DNA of 23,979 bases from Polyangiaceae bacterium (GTDB taxonomy: Bacteria; Myxococcota_A; Polyangia; Polyangiales; Polyangiaceae). Below the pieces are notes generated by a model. It ran no database searches. It was not told where the DNA came from and saw only the letters and a list, made by a program, of their open reading frames with translations. Each line of letters opens with the position of its first letter. Position 1 is the stretch's first letter. Shown one piece after another: positions 7,751 to 16,904 of the stretch. The position numbers and the translations under genes are program-made. Location: assembly GCA_033763455.1 (NCBI GenBank), contig JANRKO010000067.1, forward strand, positions 1-23,979, in the 5' to 3' direction.

Positions 7751-10468
7751 CTAGGCGGGGCCCCGTGAACGCGGGGCTCGGTTCGGCCTCACTTCTTGCC
7801 CGATAAGATCGTCGAAATCGTCGAACAAATTCGCCAGGAGCGAGGTCCAGCCCGTTTGGTGTCCCGCACCGAGGCCCTCGCCGGTATCGGCGTGGAAGTA
7901 CTCGTGGAAGAGGGTGAATTCTCGAAAGTGCGGGTCATCGGTGAAGCGGGCATCTCTGCCGTGGCACGGGCGTTTACCCGTTGCATCAGTCAAGAAGAGC
8001 TTCACAAGCCTGCGAGCTACTTCTTCTGCGGCTTGCGCGAGCGTTAGCCATTTTCCAGAACGAGTGGGGCATTCGACACGAAAATCATCGCCCAAGAATT
8101 CGTGAAATGTGAGAAGCGCTCGGATCAACAAATAGTTGAGCGGAAACCAAACAGGGCCTCGCCAGTTGGAATTTCCGCCGAACAGGTAAGTCTGTGATTC
8201 GCCGGGTTCATAATCAACCCGATGCTCCTTGCCCTGAATGTCGAACACGTAGGGCTTTTTCTCATGCACCTTCGAAAGCGAGCGGATCCCAAAGGGAGAT
8301 AGGAATTCGTCTTCGTCGAACAATACTTCCGCGATTCGCCGTAGGCGCTCAGGAGTAACCATGGCTAACAAGCGACGTTGCCCCATGCCCGGCAGCATCA
8401 TTGAGCCCAAAAATGCAGTGAGATCTGGCCGATTCTCTAGGAACCAATCCCGTCGCTGCACAAAGCCAGTCAGCGCGTTCAGTTGTTCAGGCTGGGGTGC
8501 CGTGACTGCGAGTAGGGGGATGAGGCCCACCAGCGAACGGATCTTCAACGGCACCACTTCGTTTTCAAGCCGAAGCACATCGTAGAAGAAGCCGTCCTCT
8601 TCGTCCCACATGGTGACGCCTTCACCGCCTCGATCATTGATGGCGTGAGCAATGTGGATAAAGTGCTCCCAGAATTTGCTCGCGATGTCTTCATAGGCAG
8701 AATCGACCACGGCAAGCTCAAGCGCTATGGAGAACATGTCGAGCGCGTACATCGCCATCCAGCCGGTGCTGTCGGATTGCTCCAAACGGCCCCCCATGGG
8801 CAAGGGCTTGCTGCGGTCGAAAACACCGATGTTATCGAGCCCCAAAAAACCACCCTCAAAGAGGTTGTTGCCGTCCGCATCTTTGCGGTTCACCCACCAG
8901 GTGAAATTTAGCAACAGCTTGTGAAAAATTCGCTTCAAGAAGCCGCGATCGGCTTTGCCCCAGCGCCTTTTTTCAATGCGGTAAACCTGAAGTGCTGCCC
9001 AGGCGTGCACGGGAGGGTTGGTGTCTCCGAGGGCCCACTCATACGCCGGGATCTGCCCGTTCGGGTGCATGTACCACTCGCGTAGTAGGAGAATCAGCTG
9101 GTCTTTGGCCTGCGCTGGGTCGATGAGCGCGAGGGTGACGCAGTGGAAAGCGGTATCCCAAGCGGCGTACCAGGGGTACTCCCACTTATCTGGCATGAAC
9201 ACGACGTCATCGTTGTGCAAATGGCGCCAGGTGGCATTGCGGCCCTGCGTGCGTTCAAAAGGAGGTAGCGGCTCGCTCGGGTCCCCGGTTAACCACTGTT
9301 GGACCACGTAGTGGTAGAATTGCTTGTTCCAAAGGAGCCCCGAATATGCCTGACGCAATAGATGCTTGGCATCGTGCGACAGGCGCTTGGGGATCGCTTC
9401 CTGATAGAATTCTGCGGCTTCTGCGCGGCGCAGCTCCACCACTTCAGCCAAGCCTTCGTTCCAGCGGTCGCCCAGGTCTTGGTCGGTAAGGCGTAGGTAG
9501 ATAACGCGTGATTGTGCTGGGCCAAGCTCAAAATCATACCAAAAAGCAGCCTTGGTGCCGGCTTCGATCGGGTTTACCGCATCCAAGCGACCGTTCACGA
9601 CCCGTTCATGAAATGCGTCTTTGACGTACGGGCTTTCATTGGGCGTCTTGAAAATGCGCGCAGTATTTGTCTCATTTTCAGTTACGAGCAACTTTGGGGT
9701 ACCCTCTGCGAAGAGGTAACGTTCACCGTAATACGGCTCTTCAAGGAGAAGCATGGCTTCACCTGGGCGCGCACGGTGGAGCGAAGGCTTCTCCGCCTTC
9801 AGAAACCATGACCAAGTGTTCCGAAACCATACCGTGGGAAGAATATGAAGCCGAGCAGATTCAGGCCCCCGGTTGTGTGCGGTGATGCGGATCACAATGT
9901 CCTCAGGGCCGGCCTTTGCGTACTCAACTGAGATGTCGAAGTAGCGCTGTTCGTCGAACACGGAGGTGTCCCCAATTTCGAACTCGGTTTCTTGCTTCGA
10001 TCGTCCGCGGTTTCTCGCGACGAGCTCGGCATAAGGAAACGCCGCGTGCGGATACTTGTACGCGTAGCGCATATAGGAATGCGTGGGCGTATTTTCTGCG
10101 TAAAAATAGTACTCCTTTGGGTCTTCGCCGTGGTTGCCCTCGGTGCCATCAACCCCAAAGATGCGTTCCTTTAGGATCGGATCTTTTTCATTCCAAAATG
10201 CCAACGCAAAACAGATCCGTTGCCGCCGATCAGATATCCCGGCTATGCCATCTTCATTCCAGCGGTAAGCGCGCGAGCGTGCGTGATCGTGGGGAAAGTA
10301 AGTCCACGCCTCCCCGTCGTTGCTGTAATCTTCGCGCACGGTGCCCCAGGCGCGTTCGGCGAGATAGGGCCCCCAGCGGCGCCAGTAGACCCGCCGTTCT
10401 TCGGCCTCAATAACTCGCAGGTGTTCTTTGGTTTGGCTCGGAGCGATGGAGCGCTTGCGTAAAACCAT
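7751..10468 (-). CDS. MGH1-like / GH63-family glycoside hydrolase (glucosidase)
   Basis: WGPYLAERAWGTVREDYS, RAYRWNEDG, MPDKWEYPWYAAWD, GGFLGLDNIG, FGGNSNWRGPVWFP, FHEYF...GLGAGHQTGWT. Start set at MVLRKR. Confidence 0.92.
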   Translation of the reverse strand: MVLRKRSIAPSQTKEHLRVIEAEERRVYWRRWGPYLAERAWGTVREDYSNDGEAWTYFPHDHARSRAYRWNEDGIAGISDRRQRICFALAFWNEKDPILKERIFGVDGTEGNHGEDPKEYYFYAENTPTHSYMRYAYKYPHAAFPYAELVARNRGRSKQETEFEIGDTSVFDEQRYFDISVEYAKAGPEDIVIRITAHNRGPESARLHILPTVWFRNTWSWFLKAEKPSLHRARPGEAMLLLEEPYYGERYLFAEGTPKLLVTENETNTARIFKTPNESPYVKDAFHERVVNGRLDAVNPIEAGTKAAFWYDFELGPAQSRVIYLRLTDQDLGDRWNEGLAEVVELRRAEAAEFYQEAIPKRLSHDAKHLLRQAYSGLLWNKQFYHYVVQQWLTGDPSEPLPPFERTQGRNATWRHLHNDDVVFMPDKWEYPWYAAWDTAFHCVTLALIDPAQAKDQLILLLREWYMHPNGQIPAYEWALGDTNPPVHAWAALQVYRIEKRRWGKADRGFLKRIFHKLLLNFTWWVNRKDADGNNLFEGGFLGLDNIGVFDRSKPLPMGGRLEQSDSTGWMAMYALDMFSIALELAVVDSAYEDIASKFWEHFIHIAHAINDRGGEGVTMWDEEDGFFYDVLRLENEVVPLKIRSLVGLIPLLAVTAPQPEQLNALTGFVQRRDWFLENRPDLTAFLGSMMLPGMGQRRLLAMVTPERLRRIAEVLFDEDEFLSPFGIRSLSKVHEKKPYVFDIQGKEHRVDYEPGESQTYLFGGNSNWRGPVWFPLNYLLIRALLTFHEFLGDDFRVECPTRSGKWLTLAQAAEEVARRLVKLFLTDATGKRPCHGRDARFTDDPHFREFTLFHEYFHADTGEGLGAGHQTGWTSLLANLFDDFDDLIGQEVRPNRAPRSRGPA

Positions 10469-10608
10469 GGGCCGGACTCGAGCGGTAGATCCGAAAGGTA
10501 GAGCAAGCGAGGCCCCTTGTGGACCCATTTGTAAGATCACCACGGTTTGGTACGTTTGGCGCTGAGTTCGAGCTGGTTTGAGCCGGCAGCTGTCCGTTGA
10601 GCGTGCGC

Positions 10609-11553
10609 ATGTGGCAGGCTCGGCGCGTGATTCGGCACTGGTGGTGGCTACTTGTGTTGGCGGTGGGGCCGCTTGAGCTCGGGGCGCATCTGTTCTTCTC
10701 CCGTCGAGCACCAGGCTTGGACGATTATCGTGCGCTACAAGCTCGCGTGACGGCGCTGAGAAAGCCTGGGGATGTTGTGATCATCGCGCCGCGTTGGGCC
10801 GAACCGATAGCGCGCACGGCTTGGGGAGACGCGCTCCTGCCGATCGCTGAGCTCGGGCGTCTGGATCTCGCTCGTTTTGAACGAGTAGTGTTGGTAACCA
10901 GCATGGGTCAGGTGGCCCCCGAGCTATCAGGGTTTGCTCGCCTAGTGCGAGAAGCGCACGGGCCTTTCGTCGTGGAAGTCCTGAAGAATCCTGGCTTTGC
11001 ACCAGTAAAAGCGGACCTCAACGAACGCGTTGTTCCGGAGCTCCTCGCGGTGGCGGTGGTGCAGGGATCGGGGGAGCGCTCGCCGTGCATTTGGAGTGAT
11101 TCTGCAGTGGTGCGCACAGGTGGGCTTGGTGGCCCGGCGGCTCTTCCGCGCGAGCGTTTTCAATGTGTGGGTGGTGAAGATAGGTTTGTGGGGATCAGCA
11201 TCTTGGATGATCAAGAGTTTCGTCCGCGCCGTTGCATATGGGCGCACCCTCCGGATGGGGGCTATTTGGAGTTGAGCTTCAGCAAGGTCCCCCGCGGGCG
11301 TGCCGTGATTGGAGCTGCGGGCCTTTCTTACTTGTTGACACGGGATGGTGTTGGTTCAGATGTTAGCTTGGAAGTGTTAGCTGATGGCGTTTCGCTGGGT
11401 ACCCACCGTGAGCGGGACACGGAGGGTTGGCAGGGTTTTCGCTTTGAGCTGCCCGGCTCTTCCCAAGAATCCTCGGAAGTTGAGCTCACCTTTCGAGTTT
11501 CGAGCGTTAAGGCTGAGAATCGGGACTTCTGCTTCCAAGCGGAGGTCCGATGA
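10609..11553 (+). CDS. Membrane-anchored hypothetical protein with C-terminal beta-sandwich (carbohydrate-binding-like), coupled to the GT39 gene
   Basis: N-terminal transmembrane segment, CIWAHPP motif, ATGA overlap with the next gene. Confidence 0.72.
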   Translation: MWQARRVIRHWWWLLVLAVGPLELGAHLFFSRRAPGLDDYRALQARVTALRKPGDVVIIAPRWAEPIARTAWGDALLPIAELGRLDLARFERVVLVTSMGQVAPELSGFARLVREAHGPFVVEVLKNPGFAPVKADLNERVVPELLAVAVVQGSGERSPCIWSDSAVVRTGGLGGPAALPRERFQCVGGEDRFVGISILDDQEFRPRRCIWAHPPDGGYLELSFSKVPRGRAVIGAAGLSYLLTRDGVGSDVSLEVLADGVSLGTHRERDTEGWQGFRFELPGSSQESSEVELTFRVSSVKAENRDFCFQAEVR

Positions 11554-13271
11554 GGCGCGCTCCTTGGGTGCACATGGGCATTGCGGCGGGCCTCAGCTTG
11601 GCCTTTACGGCAGTACTCCTTCTGACGAGCGCACCTCTCGGCTATGCGCGCGACGAAGGCTTCTATTTTCAAGCGGCCAGCAGCTACGAACAATGGTTTT
11701 CGATTCTGCTACAAGAGCCGGGGGCGGCCTTGCAGCGGCACGTTGTGGATCGTTATTGGTCAGTGAATAGCGAACACCCCGCGTTCATGAAATCCTTGTT
11801 CGCGCTTTCTCACCACTTCCTATTCGAGAAGTGGGGTGTCTTTAGCACTCCCGGGATCAGCTTCCGCTTCCCGGCGATGCTGCTTTCCGGGCTCGGAGTG
11901 GGCTTTTTGTACCTTTGGGGGAGCGAAACAGTTGGAGGCGCGGCGGCGTTGGTGGCAGCGCTCTTGTTTGCCGTCATGCCCCACGTGTTTCACCACGCAC
12001 ACTTGGCGTGTTTCGATATGCCAGTGGCCGCTCTTTCGCTTTTTACGGCCTATGCGTATTGGAAGTCTCTCCGACGCGGGAGCTTTGCGGGCATGTTGTG
12101 TGTGGGGTTGCTGTATGGCCTTTTCCTCAACACCAAACACAACTCTTGGCTATTTCCGTTTGCCGCACTGGCTCATAGCTTGTGCCTCAACCATCGTGCA
12201 TTGTTTGCGATCTTCGTTGGAGCTTTTGCCTCCTGGGGAGCGTATCCGAAGGCGAAGCTGGAGCGCATTTCTGGGCAAATTTGGCCTTGGCGTTTCCCTC
12301 CGGCGCTCCTTGGGATCCTACTTATTGGCCCCCTGGTGTTCTTCCTTACGTGGCCGTGGATTTGGTTCGAAACGGTGCCACGCCTGCGAGCTTACGCAGC
12401 TTTTCACCTGGGCCATGTGTACTACAACATGGAATTCTTGGGCCAAACCTATTGGAAGCCCCCCATGCCGCATGGTTACGCGTGGGTGATGACGCTCGGT
12501 ACGGTGCCGCTTGTCACGCTCACACTTTTCACGGTGGGTTTGGTCGTATTTTTCGTGCGGCAATGGCCTGCGCGCGGGAGCAAGCTCTTCGGAGCCAGTG
12601 CCCGATTGGCTAGGATACCTATGGGGTCGCCGCGATCGGCGGTGGTGCTTTGGATCTTAAGTGTGCTCGTCAACTACGCACCCTGGTGGTCGAGCGATAC
12701 GCCGATCTTTGGAGGCACGAAGCATTGGCTAACGGCCTATCCTTTCATGTGCCTTGTGGCTGGCGTTGGAGTTAGAAAGGTGTTGGCGTTGGCCACTCGT
12801 GCCGAAGTACGCCCAATCCACTATTGGGCGCGAGCCGCGAGTCTATCTCTCTTCATCCTGGTCGGGCCATTTGTGATGACTTGGCACAGCTTTCCGTTCG
12901 GCTTGAGCGCTTACACCCCACTTGTGGGGGGCGCGTCAGGCGCGGCAAATCTCGGCCTAAACCGCACGTTTTGGGGCTACACGTCGGCGAGCCTGTTTGA
13001 GCCCATGAATCGCTTGGCTCCCCCCTCCGCCCGCGTTTACGTGCACGATACGGCCCTTCAAAGTTGGGACATGCATTGGAAGGATGGCCAGCTTAGGCGC
13101 GATCTTTTCGGAACCTTGAACATCGCAAGATCAGATCTTGCGCTTTTCCACCACGAGCCGCACATGCAGCGCGTTGAATATCAGATCTGGAGCGCTTACG
13201 GCACGGCGCAGCCAACGGACATAATTCTGTTTGATGGCGTGCCCGTGGTGTGGCTTTATAAGCGCCCGTAG
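11550..13271 (+). CDS. ArnT/PMT-like (GT39/GT83, GT-C fold) membrane glycosyltransferase
   Basis: ARDEGFY acidic motif after TM1, EHPAFMK, FRFP, HAHLACFD, NTKHN, many transmembrane segments. Confidence 0.88.
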   Translation: MRRAPWVHMGIAAGLSLAFTAVLLLTSAPLGYARDEGFYFQAASSYEQWFSILLQEPGAALQRHVVDRYWSVNSEHPAFMKSLFALSHHFLFEKWGVFSTPGISFRFPAMLLSGLGVGFLYLWGSETVGGAAALVAALLFAVMPHVFHHAHLACFDMPVAALSLFTAYAYWKSLRRGSFAGMLCVGLLYGLFLNTKHNSWLFPFAALAHSLCLNHRALFAIFVGAFASWGAYPKAKLERISGQIWPWRFPPALLGILLIGPLVFFLTWPWIWFETVPRLRAYAAFHLGHVYYNMEFLGQTYWKPPMPHGYAWVMTLGTVPLVTLTLFTVGLVVFFVRQWPARGSKLFGASARLARIPMGSPRSAVVLWILSVLVNYAPWWSSDTPIFGGTKHWLTAYPFMCLVAGVGVRKVLALATRAEVRPIHYWARAASLSLFILVGPFVMTWHSFPFGLSAYTPLVGGASGAANLGLNRTFWGYTSASLFEPMNRLAPPSARVYVHDTALQSWDMHWKDGQLRRDLFGTLNIARSDLALFHHEPHMQRVEYQIWSAYGTAQPTDIILFDGVPVVWLYKRP

Positions 13272-13287
13272 CTAGCTGGGCTCGACA

Positions 13288-13569
13288 ATGCCTACGCCTT
13301 ATGCTGGAGTTGCTTTGGTGACAAACAAGGAGCGTGAAGCGTCGGACAAGCTCCCAGCCGGCGCTGTACCCAATGCGCCGCTGAGGACGGTCGGGCGTCG
13401 CCGACCAGGGGCAACGTTGGATCCCCAGCATGACACCAAAGAGAACGCGCGAGCGTGGCGGCGCGCGTTTCCGACCCCCTTTGTACCAAAGGGCGTGTAC
13501 CGTTTCACCAGCCACGAGGAGGCTGATGCTTGGCTATGGACGATGATCGCCCGCAAGCGGAGCCGTTAG
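13288..13569 (+). CDS. Small hypothetical protein, partner of the downstream nucleotidyltransferase (start uncertain)
   Basis: RTVGRR and PKGVYRFTSHEEADAW motifs; overlaps the NTase gene by 34 bp. Confidence 0.65.
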   Translation: MPTPYAGVALVTNKEREASDKLPAGAVPNAPLRTVGRRRPGATLDPQHDTKENARAWRRAFPTPFVPKGVYRFTSHEEADAWLWTMIARKRSR

Positions 13570-14033
13570 AGTCTCGCGAGCCTTCGCTCGAAGATTTGGT
13601 GGCCCTGTGCTCCAACCTGAATGCACGAGGAGCTCACTACATGGTGATTGGCGGGTTCGCCATGCGCGCCGCAGGGTACGATCGCCGCACGATGGACGTG
13701 GATTTGCTGATCGAAGCCACGCCCGAGAACGAGGCCAGCGTTATTGCCGCCGTCTCGGAATTGCCCGACCACGCCGCACGCGAGCTGCGCCCCGGAGAGA
13801 TCGCGGAATTTGTGGTCGTGCGCGTCGCCGACGAGATTGTTGTGGACCTCATGCAATCCGCATCGGGCTTTAACTACGAGGCAGCTTCTGGGGAGATCCT
13901 CTGGCGACAAGTATCGGGCGTCCAGATACCCTTTGCATCCCCCGCGCTACTACTCCGCATGAAGCGAGGCAGTGTCCGAGCCAAAGACCTGGCAGACGTT
14001 CAATTTCTAGAGCAGTTGGAGGCGAGTGGCTGA
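13536..14033 (+). CDS. Pol-beta-superfamily nucleotidyltransferase (DUF6036/AbiEii-like)
   Basis: YMVIGGFAM...RRTMDVDLLI catalytic motif, VVDL, C-terminal LLRMK...RAKDLADVQFL. Confidence 0.85.
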   Translation: MDDDRPQAEPLESREPSLEDLVALCSNLNARGAHYMVIGGFAMRAAGYDRRTMDVDLLIEATPENEASVIAAVSELPDHAARELRPGEIAEFVVVRVADEIVVDLMQSASGFNYEAASGEILWRQVSGVQIPFASPALLLRMKRGSVRAKDLADVQFLEQLEASG

Positions 14034-14245
14034 ATAGCGAGAGCTTGTCGCTCCGCCAATGGGGAATCGGTTGCGTCCTTTGGGGCACATCTTCCGGCTT
14101 TGCTGGGGGATGATTGCAATTGCAGCCTTCGGGTTTTGCGGCGATTGATTTCGCTCGGGTAGGGGTGCCGGCATACAACGTGCCAGGTTTCGTACGAGCA
14201 ACCGCTAGCGATCGCCACAGCCGTGCTTACGCTCTCCCGGTCATC

Positions 14246-14509
14246 ATGGGAGACAAACGGAAGTATTGGTTCCGTGCGAAAAAACACGGATGGGGATGGA
14301 CGGGTCCCGCCACGTGGCAGGGTTGGTTGGTGTTCGTTGGGTACCTTCTGCTGCTAACAGCAGCGATCCTTGCCACGCATCGTTGGGGAGCCGAGCTTCG
14401 TGGGGGAGTAGTGTGGTTCGTGCTAGGTATCTGGCTCGTGAGCTGGCTGGTTCTGGGGATTTGCTTCTGGAAGGGCGAGCCTCCGGATTCACGCTGGGGA
14501 GGAAAGTAG
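14246..14509 (+). CDS. Small two-TM hypothetical membrane protein
   Basis: YWFRAKKHGWGW..PATWQGW N-terminus, two hydrophobic segments, KGEPP..RWG end. Confidence 0.8.
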   Translation: MGDKRKYWFRAKKHGWGWTGPATWQGWLVFVGYLLLLTAAILATHRWGAELRGGVVWFVLGIWLVSWLVLGICFWKGEPPDSRWGGK

Positions 14510-14747
14510 CGGGGCGCGTGGGGCACGCTGAGGACACCAGACGCCGGCTAGCGCTTGATGCTGGGGAAACGATGCTTTGCACTCAGTCCAACGCTCCGTG
14601 TTAGCGAGATTAGGCCCTGTAGAGTTGTGCTCCGGGTTACCCGAGTGTTTGCGGTGTTAGCCAGTGACGGGCAGATGGATGGGCGCCGTGCCGCCGCTGC
14701 ACCTTGTGAGAAAGTGCGGCCAATCACCAAAAAAAGCACGGTTGCCC
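14504..14747 (-). mobile_element. Short remnant of a second IS91/ISCR-like element (upstream region plus possibly the first tnp codons)
   Basis: 14603-14729 is homologous to 667-792. A Tyr codon (PHAPRY) lies 97 bp from the repeat start, versus 96 bp for the conserved Tyr of GYARRKPE in copy 1. Confidence 0.6.
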
Positions 14748-14802
14748 CTACCCGCCGATGTAAGACATCTCAATGCGGCGCCGTGGGCCCGTGTGTGAGG
14801 CG
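14748..14802 (-). repeat. Displaced duplicate of the moaA 3' end (att-like direct repeat)
   Basis: 52/55 identical to 19316-19370; encodes the same ASHTGPRRRIEMSYIGG*. Confidence 0.95.
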
Positions 14803-14947
14803 ACCCGGGCGGAATTCGATCCTGCTGTGCTTTTGCAAAAAAATCGGGTCTGCAACACCCGCCTGTGCATACTTTATCGATGCAAGAATAAGTAATATCA
14901 ATGATCAGTTTGACAATATGAAGCTGAAGACTAGATCAGCTTCAGAA

Positions 14948-15313
14948 ATGTCGAAGCTCCCGACCGAATGTCCCGGCTGCGGGGAAGGGCTATTGGTCAC
15001 TCGCCTCACCTGTCCGGCGTGCGCGCTGCAAGTAGAAGGGCGCTTCGACCTGCCGGAACTTCTACGCCTCACTCGTGAAGATATGGAGTTCGTTCTCGAT
15101 TTTGTGCGCTGCTCCGGGAGCCTTAAAGATCTCTGCAAGGTTCGCGGCCTCAGCTACCCGACGATCAGGAATCGATTGAACGATGTCATCGACAAGCTCT
15201 CGGCGGAGAGCGACGGCTTGGAAACGCAGCGTCGAAAAATTCTCGACGCCGTCGCACAAGGCGAGCTCACGGTGAAAGAAGCGACTCGAAGATTGAAGGA
15301 GTTAGGTGCATGA
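14948..15313 (+). CDS. DUF2089 family protein (Zn-ribbon + HTH + SHOCT-like), putative regulator
   Basis: CPGCG...LTCPAC...VEGRF, F..CSGSLKDL...GLSYPTIRNRLND, C-terminal ILDAVAQGELTVKEA. Alternative start at 14918. Confidence 0.9.
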   Translation: MSKLPTECPGCGEGLLVTRLTCPACALQVEGRFDLPELLRLTREDMEFVLDFVRCSGSLKDLCKVRGLSYPTIRNRLNDVIDKLSAESDGLETQRRKILDAVAQGELTVKEATRRLKELGA

Positions 15314-15975
15314 ATACGAAGGAACAAGTGTTAGAAATGCTTTCGGCTGGAAGGATCACTTCTGCTGAGAGCGAAGAGTTGCTACTCGCCCTGAACGAAC
15401 CTCCACGTTCTTGGTGGCGCCGAATTCTCAATCCCTTCGAGGGCTTGAATGCAGTGCAAGCGCTGGCATGGGGTGTTCTTGGGGCGCTCGGTGGAATTGC
15501 CCTATCCCGTTGGAACGTGCGTTTCGATGGCGCGCTCGATCTACATCCGATCGCGAACGCGGTTTCCATTTCCGACGCTCTCGCCGATCAAGTCGTCGCG
15601 TGGCCGTTGACGGCTGCTGTGTTTTGGGGCGCGGCAAACATCTTGGCGCGGCAGCTGCGTTTCGTGGATTTTTTGGGCTACGTGGGAGTGGCGCGGCTGC
15701 CTTATTTGATCCCGGCGGCGGTGGCCGCGAGCATGAAAGATCAGCTGAGTGTTGCGCCTGAAAAGCTCATCGCGTCGCCGCCCCCGGGCCTCTTGCTTCT
15801 CTCCTTGGTGACGGTTCCTGTGGTTGTGTGGATGGTGACGTGGCTCTGGCAGGGCTTCCGTACAGCGTCAGGCTTGCGCGGTGCGAAGAGTGGGTTCTTG
15901 TTTGTTGGCGCGCTCGTGTTCGCAGAGGTGCTCTCCAAGTTGGCGCTTGGAGTGTTCAGCTTCGTGAGGTTCTAA
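15310..15975 (+). CDS. Yip1-like membrane protein with N-terminal SHOCT-like motif
   Basis: QVLEMLSAGRITSAESEELLLAL, LNPFE, RFDGALDLH, RFVDFLG...ARLPY, about five transmembrane segments; ATGA overlap. Confidence 0.78.
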   Translation: MNTKEQVLEMLSAGRITSAESEELLLALNEPPRSWWRRILNPFEGLNAVQALAWGVLGALGGIALSRWNVRFDGALDLHPIANAVSISDALADQVVAWPLTAAVFWGAANILARQLRFVDFLGYVGVARLPYLIPAAVAASMKDQLSVAPEKLIASPPPGLLLLSLVTVPVVVWMVTWLWQGFRTASGLRGAKSGFLFVGALVFAEVLSKLALGVFSFVRF

Positions 15976-15976
15976 G

Positions 15977-16435
15977 ATGGATGCGAGCGAAAATGCATTT
16001 CGACCGTGGCGTCGACTTCCGGCTCGCACCGTGGTCGAAGTTGTTGGCGAGGTTGCAGGGTGGGTCGGCTTCCTGGTGCTGCTGGGATCCATGATTTGGG
16101 GGTGGGCAGATGAGAGCGGACCGTACAGCGGGGCGGGACTTATGGGTTGTGCGCTCTATCTACTTGGTGCCTTTGCGGAACGATCGCCTCAACTCTGGCA
16201 CTTCCGACAAAGGCCGGCCGACATAGTTTCCCAATATCAGAACGGGCGGTCGGTGTTTGCGTGGATGAAAATCGGAGTGATTTGGATATCTCTCGCGCAG
16301 TCCTGCGGACCCGGGGGCAGCCTCTCAGGGGCCCCGCGCGAAATTCGGCTCGCTGTTACAGCACTCGCCGTCGTCCTCGTAGCCGTATGCTTTGCTAAGG
16401 TCTGCATTCACACCGTGCGGGTGCACAGGTCATGA
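15977..16435 (+). CDS. Membrane protein, diverged DUF1648-related paralogue 1
   Basis: Shares R.VVE.VGE, P..W.F and QYQN.RS...W.K with the next ORF. Confidence 0.7.
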   Translation: MDASENAFRPWRRLPARTVVEVVGEVAGWVGFLVLLGSMIWGWADESGPYSGAGLMGCALYLLGAFAERSPQLWHFRQRPADIVSQYQNGRSVFAWMKIGVIWISLAQSCGPGGSLSGAPREIRLAVTALAVVLVAVCFAKVCIHTVRVHRS

Positions 16436-16875
16436 CCTACACAGAAGATAGATCCAAACTCAAGTTTGAGGCTCCACGCAGCGTCGTCGAGATCGTTGGC
16501 GAAAGTTTGGGTGTGATCGGCTTGGTGGCGTTGGTGGGCGTTACAATTTGGGCTTGGCAAGGAGGGGGGAGCAGGATCACGCTGCTGATGTTTCTGGCGC
16601 CAGGCATCACTCTTTATGCCTTTATTTCTGTCATCGCGCTCTTTCCGCGGGTATGGAACTTTCCGGTCGAGTTAACTCCGGAGAATGTTACGTACCAATA
16701 CCAGAATACCCGTTCGCTCGTCACTTGGTTGAAGCCTGTGATTGTCTGGGGGTTCACCCACATGCAATGGTCAGCTACAGGCGGGGCCGGCCTCGGTGCG
16801 GCCTTTTTGCCACTTTTCGTCGGCAGCGTTGTTATCATTTTGGGTATCCATATTTGGAGAGGATGTCGAGTTTGA
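16432..16875 (+). CDS. Membrane protein, DUF1648-related paralogue 2 (lacks the PTHF loop)
   Basis: PRVWNFPVELTPENVTYQY matches PHAFNYPVQVTAANAPRLY of the next ORF; ATGA overlap. Confidence 0.75.
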   Translation: MTYTEDRSKLKFEAPRSVVEIVGESLGVIGLVALVGVTIWAWQGGGSRITLLMFLAPGITLYAFISVIALFPRVWNFPVELTPENVTYQYQNTRSLVTWLKPVIVWGFTHMQWSATGGAGLGAAFLPLFVGSVVIILGIHIWRGCRV

Positions 16876-16904
16876 TTGAAGTTAGAGACCACAACACCCG
16901 TTAA

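Noticed and set aside
14748..14802. moaA 3' duplicate as a DGR template repeat
   Set aside because: Mismatches are not adenine-specific, are all synonymous, the repeat is short, and no reverse transcriptase is present.
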